From positions 1-64,000 of IMG/VR virus record IMGVR_UViG_3300010398_000010: DNA of 64,000 bases, one strand, 5' to 3'. Shown in pieces: positions 16,499 through 25,400 of the stretch (positions are counted from its first letter, which is position 1; each line of letters opens with the position of its first letter). The position numbers and the translations under genes were made by a program. The notes beneath the pieces are model-generated. The model was not told the DNA's origin and did not search any database. It was given only the letters and a program-made list of their open reading frames with translations. The DNA comes from a virus. Taxonomy: Duplodnaviria; Caudoviricetes.

Positions 16499-18457
16499 AT
16501 CAAACTGCTGTGGCATAGTAATGCGCCCGCGCCTTTGTCCAATACGGGCTACGGGCAGATGACGGCGCTGTTCGCCCCGCGTATCGCCAAGCAAGGTCAT
16601 GAGGTCGTGCTGTCGTGCATGACCGGGATGAGCGGGTTCCCGACTGAGTGGGAGGGGCTGCACTGCCTGCCCCCCGGTCTGTCGATGTTCTCGGCTGACA
16701 TCCTCCCCGAACACGCCCGCCACTTTTTCGGCCGCGACCCCGGCCTGATCGTCGTCCACTACGACGCGTGGGCCATCGGCCCCGAAGCGGTCACCGGGTT
16801 CGCTACGGCGGGCTGGTCGCCGGTCCACAGCGACGGGATGAGCGTCGGTGATCGCCGGTTCTACATTCTGAGCGGCGCCCACCCGATCGCCTACAGCCGG
16901 TACGGCGAGCGGAAGATGCGCGAGGCCGGGTTCCACCCCAGCTACGTCCCCCACGGCGTCGACACCCGCGTCTTTAAGCCACTGTCGGCTGAGGACCGGC
17001 TGATCTCCCGCCGCGCGCTGCGCGTCCCCGAAGAGGCGTTCGTGATCGCCGTGGTGGCGGCCAACAAGGGCACCGACCCGCCGCGCAAAGCCTGGGGCGA
17101 GCACTTTGAGGCGTTCGCCCAGTTCCGCCACGGCAACCCCAAGCTGAGGATCAAGCCGCACCCGGACGCGGTGCTGCTGGTGCACTCGCTGGCGGCGGCG
17201 CCCTCGGAATGGGGGCTGGACCTGCGCCCGCTGATGGCCAACCTCGGCATCGCGGACCCGGTGATCTTCTCAGACGACTACGCGCAGGTGACCGGGCTTT
17301 ATTCGGATGAGTACATGGCGCACCTGATCGGCTGCGCCGACGTGCTGTCCAACCCGTCCTACGCCGAGGGGTTCGGGCTCGCGCCGTTGCAGGCGCAGGC
17401 GTGCGGCGTCCCGGTCATCGTTGGTGACAACTCGGCGCAGACCGAACTGTGCGGCGCCGGGTGGCTGGTCGACTGCCAGCGTTATTGGCATCACCGCGAT
17501 GAGGCGTGGTGGTACACGCCGCTCATCCGGTCGATCGTCAGCTGCCTGGAAAAGGCGTACTCGGCCCGGGGCAACCACGCGCTGCGGCGGCGGGCTCGCG
17601 GGTTCGCTGAGCAGTACGACGCCGACCTAGTCGCTGACCGGTACTGGCGGCCGGCGCTGGACATGCTCGGTCAGCTGGCGGGCGCGGAGCGGGTGCGGGC
17701 ACCGAAGGCGGGTTCGTGGCCGCTGCCGGTCCGCGAGGCCGATGGGCTCAAGTGGGTAGCTCGCGGCCCGCACACCGACGATTGGATCGCGATAGGGCAT
17801 GAGGACGCCCTCGCGCCGATCCTCGACTCGCTGCTGCCGGACGGCGGGGTGTTCGCGGATGTGGGCGCGCACGTCGGCCGGTGGGCGCTGCGGCTGGCGG
17901 CCAAGGCGTCGGTGGTCTACGCGGTCGAGGCGAACCCGGACACGGTCGCTGTTCTGCGGTACAACATCGCTGTCAACGAGATCAGCAACGTGGACGTGGT
18001 CGAGGCGGCGGTGTGGGACTCGCACACGGTGCTGACCCTCGACAAGCCGAAAGCGGTCACGTCCGGGTCGACGCGGGTGTCCGACACTTGGGCCGGGAAC
18101 CCCGAGGCCGCAGGCCAGGTTGAGGTGACGGCGGCACCGCTCGATGACCTGCTCGATGGGGTCACCCAGCTTGACCTGATCAAGCTCGATGTTGAGGGTG
18201 CCGACCTGCACGCGCTGCGCGGGATGGCCGGGCTGCTCGCGGCGGCGCGGCCGGTGCTGTTCATCGAGGACCACTCGATCTACGGCTATTACGAACCCGA
18301 TGAGCTTGAGGCTCAGCTGCTCGAGCTCGGCTACTCATGCGAGCGGTTCACCGCCCACTTGCCGGGCGACCGGGTCGCGCCCTACGTCATCGCCCGGCCC
18401 AAGCCGGCTGACTTGGTCGAGCAGTTCGCGGATCCCGCGCTCACCGGGACTGACTGA
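16499..18457 (+). CDS. GT-B (GT4-like) glycosyltransferase fused to an FkbM-family methyltransferase (start uncertain)
   Basis: KLLWHSNAP, VPHGVDT, SYAEGFGLAPLQAQACGVPVI; then FADVGAHVG, VYAVEANP, LIKLDVEGAD. Confidence 0.9.
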   Translation: MKLLWHSNAPAPLSNTGYGQMTALFAPRIAKQGHEVVLSCMTGMSGFPTEWEGLHCLPPGLSMFSADILPEHARHFFGRDPGLIVVHYDAWAIGPEAVTGFATAGWSPVHSDGMSVGDRRFYILSGAHPIAYSRYGERKMREAGFHPSYVPHGVDTRVFKPLSAEDRLISRRALRVPEEAFVIAVVAANKGTDPPRKAWGEHFEAFAQFRHGNPKLRIKPHPDAVLLVHSLAAAPSEWGLDLRPLMANLGIADPVIFSDDYAQVTGLYSDEYMAHLIGCADVLSNPSYAEGFGLAPLQAQACGVPVIVGDNSAQTELCGAGWLVDCQRYWHHRDEAWWYTPLIRSIVSCLEKAYSARGNHALRRRARGFAEQYDADLVADRYWRPALDMLGQLAGAERVRAPKAGSWPLPVREADGLKWVARGPHTDDWIAIGHEDALAPILDSLLPDGGVFADVGAHVGRWALRLAAKASVVYAVEANPDTVAVLRYNIAVNEISNVDVVEAAVWDSHTVLTLDKPKAVTSGSTRVSDTWAGNPEAAGQVEVTAAPLDDLLDGVTQLDLIKLDVEGADLHALRGMAGLLAAARPVLFIEDHSIYGYYEPDELEAQLLELGYSCERFTAHLPGDRVAPYVIARPKPADLVEQFADPALTGTD

Positions 18458-18693
18458 TGATGCGCCGGTTCACCTGCTACCGGCCGGACCCCCCGGAAGG
18501 CTACCGCGAGCAGGGCGCGGCGAACCCGCCCGAAGAGGTGCAGTTTGAGGGCGTCGTGTTCAGTGACGGCACGGTGGCGATCCGCTGGCTGACCGCCTAC
18601 CGGTCGGTGTCGGTCTGGGCGTCCTACGGCGATCTGATGGCCATCCACGGTCACCCCGAATATGGGACCGAAATCAGGTGGCTCGATGAGTGA
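18457..18693 (+). CDS. small conserved-looking phage protein
   Basis: 78 aa; EGVVFSDGTVAIRWLT...IHGH; coupled to both neighbours. Confidence 0.7.
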   Translation: MMRRFTCYRPDPPEGYREQGAANPPEEVQFEGVVFSDGTVAIRWLTAYRSVSVWASYGDLMAIHGHPEYGTEIRWLDE

Positions 18694-18907
18694 CGGCCAG
18701 CCGGCGCTGCCCGAGATCACCGACGTGCAGCGGCTCAGCTTGCGGCCGGGCGACACGCTGATCATCACGGTCAACACGTTCGTGGTGTCCGACGCTGACG
18801 CGGCGCGGGTCGCGGACCGGGTGCGGGCCATCGTCGGGGACCGGACGCTGCCGGTGATCGTGCTCCCGGCCGGTGCCACCGCGAGCATCTTGGGTGGTGA
18901 CCAATGA
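18686..18907 (+). CDS. hypothetical protein
   Basis: 73 aa from MSDGQP; overlapping start and stop. Confidence 0.65.
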   Translation: MSDGQPALPEITDVQRLSLRPGDTLIITVNTFVVSDADAARVADRVRAIVGDRTLPVIVLPAGATASILGGDQ

Positions 18908-19059
18908 GTGACGACCAGCCGGCGATCCCAGCTGGCAAGCGCACTGAACAGGTGACCCGCACCTACGACGCGGACGGGAAGCTGATCAAGACCACCACGA
19001 CGATCGTGGTGATCAACGACAGCGACAGCGACTCGCCCTGGCCGGGGCAGTACCTATGA
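18904..19059 (+). CDS. hypothetical protein (51 aa)
   Basis: MSDDQPAIPAGKRTEQVTRTYDADGKLIK...; ATGA overlaps at both ends. Confidence 0.55.
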   Translation: MSDDQPAIPAGKRTEQVTRTYDADGKLIKTTTTIVVINDSDSDSPWPGQYL

Positions 19060-19697
19060 CCGGCTGGTGGGGCGGCGAGATAGGCGACCTGGGGATCCGG
19101 GACGCGATGCTCGCCGGCGCGAGCCAGGACCCGTGGGAACTGTGGCGGGCGAGCGTCGCCGCAGCGATGACCGACCCCAAGGTGATCGTTGAGATCGGCT
19201 GCGACCGCGGCGGGACGCTGATGGTCTGGCGGTCGCTGTGCGAGCGGGTCTACGGCATCACCCTGCCCGATGAGGCCAACACCTATGAGGCGGGCGGGTC
19301 GGGGCTCGAGCTCGATGACCACGGCGCGCTGATCTTCCGGGGCGACTCGCACGACCCGGCCGCCCGGGCGTGGCTGATCAGCCAGTTCTGGCACCGGCCC
19401 GGAGCTACGCCGGTCGATGTGCTGGTCATCGACGGGGACCACTCCGCAGCGGGGGTGCGGGCCGACCTTGCGGACTATGGGCCGTTGGTGCGGCCGGGTG
19501 GGCTCATCTTGCTGCATGACATTGCGTCGCCACCGGATCCGGGCCGCCCGGTCGAGGTGGCGCAGGTCTGGCCAGAGCTAAAGATCCGGTACCTGACTGA
19601 GTCGATCATCAACCCGGACGGTGGCCCGGGGTGGGGGCTGATCCGGGTGCAGGCGGGCGACCGGTTCGATGTGCCCAGGACGCCGGCGGGGCGCTGA
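19056..19697 (+). CDS. class I SAM-dependent methyltransferase (Methyltransf_24-like)
   Basis: VIVEIGCDRGGT; DVLVIDGDHS...DLADYGPLVRPGGLILLHD. Confidence 0.88.
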   Translation: MTGWWGGEIGDLGIRDAMLAGASQDPWELWRASVAAAMTDPKVIVEIGCDRGGTLMVWRSLCERVYGITLPDEANTYEAGGSGLELDDHGALIFRGDSHDPAARAWLISQFWHRPGATPVDVLVIDGDHSAAGVRADLADYGPLVRPGGLILLHDIASPPDPGRPVEVAQVWPELKIRYLTESIINPDGGPGWGLIRVQAGDRFDVPRTPAGR

Positions 19698-19732
19698 CCT
19701 GCGGCGCGAGACCGTGGGCGGTTCCGCCCAGG
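19672..19732 (+). promoter_or_regulatory. tripartite 61-nt element, copy 2
   Basis: TGCCCAGG at 19672, GACCTGC at 19696, CGCCCAGG at 19725. Confidence 0.55.
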
Positions 19733-19901
19733 TCGGCGCGTTCCTGCCGCCGCACCTGCCACCGCCACCAAGCGTGCCGGACACCCGCTTTGGCCAGCCG
19801 GGCGCACGACTTCGCGAACTGCCAATACTCCACGGCTCAGCCCCCCGGCTCTTAGTGGCCGGCGGGTCTGACGAACCTGCCCCAGCCCAGCGCCCGCCGG
19901 C

Positions 19902-20111
19902 CTAACCCGCCCCATCAGGAGGGTTGCCCTCAGCGTCGCGCAGGGTCTCGATCTTGGCAATGCCCCGCTCATCCCAGCTGACCGACCACGTCCCCGGTCC
20001 GGGGTCGCACGCCTCATAGACCGTGACCCGGCGGCGGAACAGCAGCCGATCCCACCACCGCTGCCGCCGCGACACGACCAGCGCGAGCGGTCTGACCCTC
20101 AGCGGTTCCAT
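19902..20111 (-). CDS. hypothetical protein (69 aa), antisense
   Basis: MEPLRVRPLALVVSRRQRWWDRLLFRRRVTVYEACDP...; fills an intergenic gap. Confidence 0.45.
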   Translation of the reverse strand: MEPLRVRPLALVVSRRQRWWDRLLFRRRVTVYEACDPGPGTWSVSWDERGIAKIETLRDAEGNPPDGAG

Positions 20112-20142
20112 GCCCTCACCGTACGACGAAAGGACGCCGGTC

Positions 20143-20382
20143 ATGGCCGACGAAGAGACCCCTGCTGGCCCCGACCTGAACCACGGCCCGAACCCGGCGC
20201 TGTACGCGCAGCCCGGCGTGGACGCGGCCCGTGCCGCCGAGGTGCCGGCCGAGGCACCGGCCGAAGAGGACAAGCCGCCCGCCGACAAGCCCAAGGCCGC
20301 CACCCGCAAGGCCGGCGACGACGACGACGAACCCGCCGCCAAGCACAAGAGCGCGGGCGGCAAGGCAGGCGGCCGGGCGTGA
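20143..20382 (+). CDS. low-complexity acidic/basic small protein
   Basis: AAGGA upstream of ATG; A/P/E/D/K-rich, 79 aa. Confidence 0.65.
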   Translation: MADEETPAGPDLNHGPNPALYAQPGVDAARAAEVPAEAPAEEDKPPADKPKAATRKAGDDDDEPAAKHKSAGGKAGGRA

Positions 20383-20702
20383 CCGCTGTCCTGCTGACCG
20401 GCCACATCGACTGGGTGTGCCCGAACTGCCCGACCCAGGTGACCACGCCGCTGCTGGTGCCGAACCGCTACCACACCTGCCCGGGGCTGCACGATCTGGT
20501 CGCGCCGCTCGTGCGGGCCGGGACCGATTGCAAGGTCGAGGCGCTGCCCCGTGAGGACTACCTGCGCGGCGAGATTCAGCGCACCGGGTCAGACGGCAGG
20601 CCGTACGGCGGGGTCCGCACCGTGCGGGCCGATGGATCCAACGATCTCGCGATGTTCGCACCCGTCGCGCAGGCGCGGGTCGAGGAAATGGGGCTCAGAT
20701 GA
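20379..20702 (+). CDS. hypothetical protein with CPNC...HxC
   Basis: 107 aa; GTGA coupling. Confidence 0.7.
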   Translation: MTAVLLTGHIDWVCPNCPTQVTTPLLVPNRYHTCPGLHDLVAPLVRAGTDCKVEALPREDYLRGEIQRTGSDGRPYGGVRTVRADGSNDLAMFAPVAQARVEEMGLR

Positions 20703-20971
20703 CCACACCCGCTGGCGCTGGCGACGCGCTGCCCGTTGACGCCGCCACAGTCGAGGCCGCGCCCGAACCGCTGTACGTGCGGGTCGCCTACGCGGACGCC
20801 GAGGTCGCCGCCGCGGAGGAACGCCTCGCGCGGATGCAAGCCAAGCTCGACAAGGCCGAACGGACCGCCCGCGACGGCGTGGCGACGGCCAAGGCCGGGC
20901 TCAAGCAGGCCGAGGGCGACCTCAAGGCCGCGCGAGATCACGCGGCTGCGCTTGAGCGAGAGGCGGGCTGA
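20699..20971 (+). CDS. hypothetical coiled-coil protein
   Basis: 90 aa, Ala/Glu-rich heptads; ATGA coupling. Confidence 0.7.
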   Translation: MTTPAGAGDALPVDAATVEAAPEPLYVRVAYADAEVAAAEERLARMQAKLDKAERTARDGVATAKAGLKQAEGDLKAARDHAAALEREAG

Positions 20972-20974
20972 GTC

Positions 20975-21460
20975 ATGGCGTTCGGCAGCGCAAGCAAGAT
21001 CTTCCGCAATTTCCTCAAGGACTGCCACGACCGGACGACCTCGGCGCTCGACCTCGACACCGACGTGCCGAAGATCGCGCTCTACGGCAATAGCGGCACC
21101 CCCGACCAGAACGCCACCGCCGTGCTGTCGGCCTATAACGGCGCGGCGTCGGCGTGGGTGACGGCGAACGAGATCACTGACACGAACTGGGCAGCCGGTG
21201 GGCGGGCGCTGACCGGTATCACGACCCACTTTGCCGACACGGCCGGGATCCTCTGGTACGACGCCAGCGACACCGCCGGCGCGGGCAACGTCACGGTGGC
21301 GAACGTCTACGGGGTGCTCTGCTACGACGACACGATCACCACCCCGCAGGCCGACATCGGCATGAGCTACCACGCGTTCACGACCCAGCCGGCCGGGGTC
21401 ACGGCCGGGACGTTCACCGTCGTCTGGGATGTCAACGGCATCTTCCGCTACACGCTCTAG
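20975..21460 (+). CDS. putative virion structural protein
   Basis: 161 aa (LDLDTDVPKIALY...AGGRAL...AGTFTVVWDVNGIF), beta-rich; between capsid and connector genes. Confidence 0.7.
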   Translation: MAFGSASKIFRNFLKDCHDRTTSALDLDTDVPKIALYGNSGTPDQNATAVLSAYNGAASAWVTANEITDTNWAAGGRALTGITTHFADTAGILWYDASDTAGAGNVTVANVYGVLCYDDTITTPQADIGMSYHAFTTQPAGVTAGTFTVVWDVNGIFRYTL

Positions 21461-21482
21461 GCGGCTGAGGGGCTGAGGCAGG

Positions 21483-22070
21483 GTGTCGAACTATTACGGC
21501 GGCGGCGAGGTTCTGTTCTCCTACGCGCAGGCGTCGTCCGCCAGCGTGCCGACCGCGAGCGCGGTGACGATGTGCAACGGCTGGCCCGCGATCACGCTGC
21601 CAGCTGGCTACTTTCAGCGGCTCGGTGATCAGACCTCGGCTGTGAAGCTGCTACTTGAGGGGACGTTGACGGCGACCGCGACCGTCCCGACGTTCGCGTT
21701 TGGGCTGGCGATGACCCAAGCGAACCCGGCCGCGTTCTCCGCTTCGACGCTGCTGCACGCGATCTCCGCGACCGTGACCCCCACGGCGGGCACCGCCTAT
21801 CAGTTCTGGGCCGACTGGGACATCGCACTCAGGACCCTCGGCGCTCCCGGTGCCAACTCGACCCTGGTCACGCAGGGCCGAATCCGCTGCCCCAACGGGT
21901 TCGGCACGGCACCCAACGAACTGACCATGCCCCAGTCCAACGGGACCAAGACGCTCGCGACCGTAGACCCGCAGCAGGTCATCTATCTGTGGCCGTACAT
22001 CACCCTCGGCGCGGCGACGGCGGGCAACACGGTGACCGCCGACATGTGCAAGCTGTACGGCGAGAACTGA
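21483..22070 (+). CDS. putative virion structural protein, beta-rich
   Basis: 195 aa, T/A/G-rich. Confidence 0.7.
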   Translation: MSNYYGGGEVLFSYAQASSASVPTASAVTMCNGWPAITLPAGYFQRLGDQTSAVKLLLEGTLTATATVPTFAFGLAMTQANPAAFSASTLLHAISATVTPTAGTAYQFWADWDIALRTLGAPGANSTLVTQGRIRCPNGFGTAPNELTMPQSNGTKTLATVDPQQVIYLWPYITLGAATAGNTVTADMCKLYGEN

Positions 22071-22072
22071 TC

Positions 22073-22486
22073 ATGCCTGCCACGCTCAACATCCCGCAGA
22101 TCACCCTGCCCGTGGGCTCGCGGGCGTTCGGCCCGATCTCGGTCCCCGATGGGGACACCGACGTGCTGCTGACGATCGACCGGACCGTGCCCGGTGGGCT
22201 CAACGGGCTGACCGCCGCGTCGCAGCTGGAAATGCTCGCGGAAATGACCACCGATGGGGGCGCGACCTGGCACGCGGTGGACATCGGCGTGCCGGGGTCG
22301 CAAACGCTGTGGCAGGCACCGGGTGGCGTTTACACCAACACCAACCGCGCCGGGCAGATGATCACCGCGACCACGTCAGCGGGCGGCTGGGTGATGTTCC
22401 CCGCGACGGGCCGGCGGGTCCGGGCGACGGCGACAGTCAGCGGGCCTAGTCCGATCACGGTGGCCGGGAGCATCGCCACGACGTAG
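22073..22486 (+). CDS. putative virion structural protein, beta-sandwich-like
   Basis: 137 aa, T/G/A/V-rich. Confidence 0.65.
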   Translation: MPATLNIPQITLPVGSRAFGPISVPDGDTDVLLTIDRTVPGGLNGLTAASQLEMLAEMTTDGGATWHAVDIGVPGSQTLWQAPGGVYTNTNRAGQMITATTSAGGWVMFPATGRRVRATATVSGPSPITVAGSIATT

Positions 22487-22499
22487 GTGAGGTGACGGC

Positions 22500-25400
22500 G
22501 TGGCGGTCGCATTCGACGCAGCAGGGGCAGGTGCCAAAGGCACCACCGTGACGACGATCACTTGGTCGCACACCAACTCGGCGGCGTCCAACGCGCTCAC
22601 GGTCGGGCTCAACTACCCCACCGGCACGACCCCGCAGGCGTCGGCCGTGAGCTACGGCGGCGTCGCGCTGGCGCGGCTCGGCTCGGTGCCGGGTAACAAC
22701 GTCGGCCCAGGCGGGATCGAGCACTGGGGCAAGATCGGTTCGCTGCCCACGGGCGCGAACACCGTTTCGTGCTCGGTCACCTCAAGCGCCGATAACAAGG
22801 TCGGCGGGTCGGTCAGCGCCACCATCGGCGGCGTGGGTGCGTTCGGGACGGCGCAAACGTCGTTCACGTCGGGGACGACGATCGCCTACACCCACACCGG
22901 CACGACCGCCGGCAACCTGCTGATCGTCGCCGCGTCGCAGGGCAACGGCTCCGGGGTGATGACGGCAACGTCGCCGGGGACCACGCGGTTCGCGATGAAC
23001 GGCGACTCCAGCGAGGCCGCCGACAACGTGGTCATGGGCACCTGGGCAGCGCCCGGGGGCAGCCAGTCGGTCGGGTTTTCCGAGAACGCCACCTCAGATT
23101 TCTGGGGCCTGGTGTCGGTCGAGGTTCAGGACACCGGGGGCGGCGGCGGCGCACCGTCCGGGCAGGGCGCTGCGAACCCGCTGCAACGTGCCCGCGGCCG
23201 GCACGGGCGCCCGCTGCGCAGGTGGATGCGGACCCAGCGGGTGCGGCGGGAAATGGCACCGCCGGCGCTGGCCATCGGTGCCGGGCTCGCAGCTGGGACT
23301 GGGGTCGCGCCGAACGTCACCCAGGCCGGGGCCAACACCTACATCACCGGGCTCGGCGGCAGCGGCGCCGGGTATTTCATCGACAACCGCGGCAACCCGC
23401 GGCTGGTGTGGGGCGACGCGCTGTGGGGGCTGTGCGGCAACGCTGGCCGGTGGAACTCCGGTAACTGGCAGGCCGACTACGACGGGATCATAGCCAACCG
23501 GGCGGCGCAGGGGTTCACGGCGATCTACACCAAGCCGATGGGCACGACGCAAAACCTGGGGATCAACGACGACGGCCGGACGTTCGACCCGCTCTATCCG
23601 TTCCAAGGCGGGACACCGTCGACTGGGGTGAGCCTGGCCAACCCCTCGACCGGGCTGACCGCGAACTACTGGGCTCGGATTGACTACCTGTTCACCCGGG
23701 CAGCTGCCAACAATATAACGATCTTCCTCAACGCGATTGGCTACAACTCCGACTTCACCTCATCGGGTCCGCTGGCCGGGAAGTCGAGCACAGAGTTTCA
23801 GGCGTACGGCACGGCGCTGGGGAACCGGTACAAGAACACGCCGAACCTGATCTGGGTGGTCGCTGACGACTATTTCGGGTCGGTGGACACGCTGATCTCG
23901 GCGTTCCTGACCGGGCTGCGCGGCACCGGGGACACCCACCCGATAGCCATCGAGAACATGGCTGAGTCGGACAGCAAGTACATTTTCCAGGTCACTGACA
24001 CCGGCTGCGGCACGACCAACGGCAACGCGACCGTCACCGACTCCAACGCCACCGCCCAGTACGTCGGCGCGGCGGTGTCCGGCTCGGGCATTCAGGCCGG
24101 GTCGGTGATCAGCAGCGTGAGCGCTGGCGTGTCGTTCACGATGAACAAGACCGCGACCGCGACCGCCACCGTGTCGCTCAAGATCACCGATCAGCAGACA
24201 TCGTGGGGCTACACCAACGCGCAGTACAACTTTGAATATTCGTACAACCAGGCTTATTACGGCGTCGAAGAGTCCTACAAGGAAACGTCCCCGCTGACCG
24301 TCCTGCAAGGGGACGGGTATTTCTACCAGGGCGGCTCGGCCTACGACACGACCTATGACCGGGCATTCCGGCAAGATGCGTGGTGGGCGCTCGCCTCCGG
24401 TGCGGTCGGGAAGATCAGCGGCTCGGAGTCGATGTGGCAGTACCAGAGCAGCGCTCTGGCGTCGTCGGCAACTGACTGGTGGTATGCGAATAATTCGCTG
24501 GCGATCGTCAACGCGTTCACGGCGCTGCCCGGGTGGCATCTGCTGGTACCGGACACCGCTAACGCGCTGATCACCGGGGGCCGGGGCACCCGCGCCACCG
24601 GGTTCGACGCCGGCGGCGGCGGCGGCCAGTATGAGCCGGCGTTCACGTCGGGTTACGTCGCGGCGTCGCGCACCCCGGACGGCGGGTCGGGGTCGTCGCT
24701 GGCGGTCATTTACATGCCGCTGGCCACGACGATCACCATCGACCAGACCAAGATGGCTGCGGGCTACACCGCGACGTGGGTTGACCCGGTGACCGGTGCC
24801 ACGTCATCGGCCACCCCCGGCAGCACGTACAACTCAACGGCCAAGGGCAACAACAGCCGGTCCCAACCGGACTGGGTGCTGGTGCTGCAAGGCCCAACGG
24901 CGGTCAGCGCCACCGCTGGGCTGGCGTCCGGGTCCGGCACCGCGCCGGGGGTGACGCTGGCGGCGTCGGTGCAGGCGGGGCTGGCCAGCGGCACCGGCAG
25001 CGCGCCAGCGATCACCCCCGCTGCCACGGTCGCGGCCGGGCTCGCCAGCGGCACCGGGACCGCCCCGGCGATCACCCTGGCCGGGTCGGTCAAGGCTGGG
25101 CTCGCCTCCGGGACCGGGTCGGCACCGTCGCCCTCGGTGTCAACGGCGTCCTCGACCTCGGCCAGCGCCGGGCTCGCCAGCGGGACCGGGACCGCGCCAA
25201 CCCCGGCAGCTGCGCCGGTTGACCAGCCAGCCGCGGGGCTCGCGTCCGGCACCGGGCAGGCACCAGCGGTCACCCTCGCCGCCTCGGTCAAGGCGGGCCT
25301 GGGCAGCGGGACCGGTTCAGCCCCGGCGATCACCCCAGCGGCCACGGCCACGGTGGGGCTCGCAGCAGCGACCGGGTCGGCCCCAACCCCAGCAGCGGCA

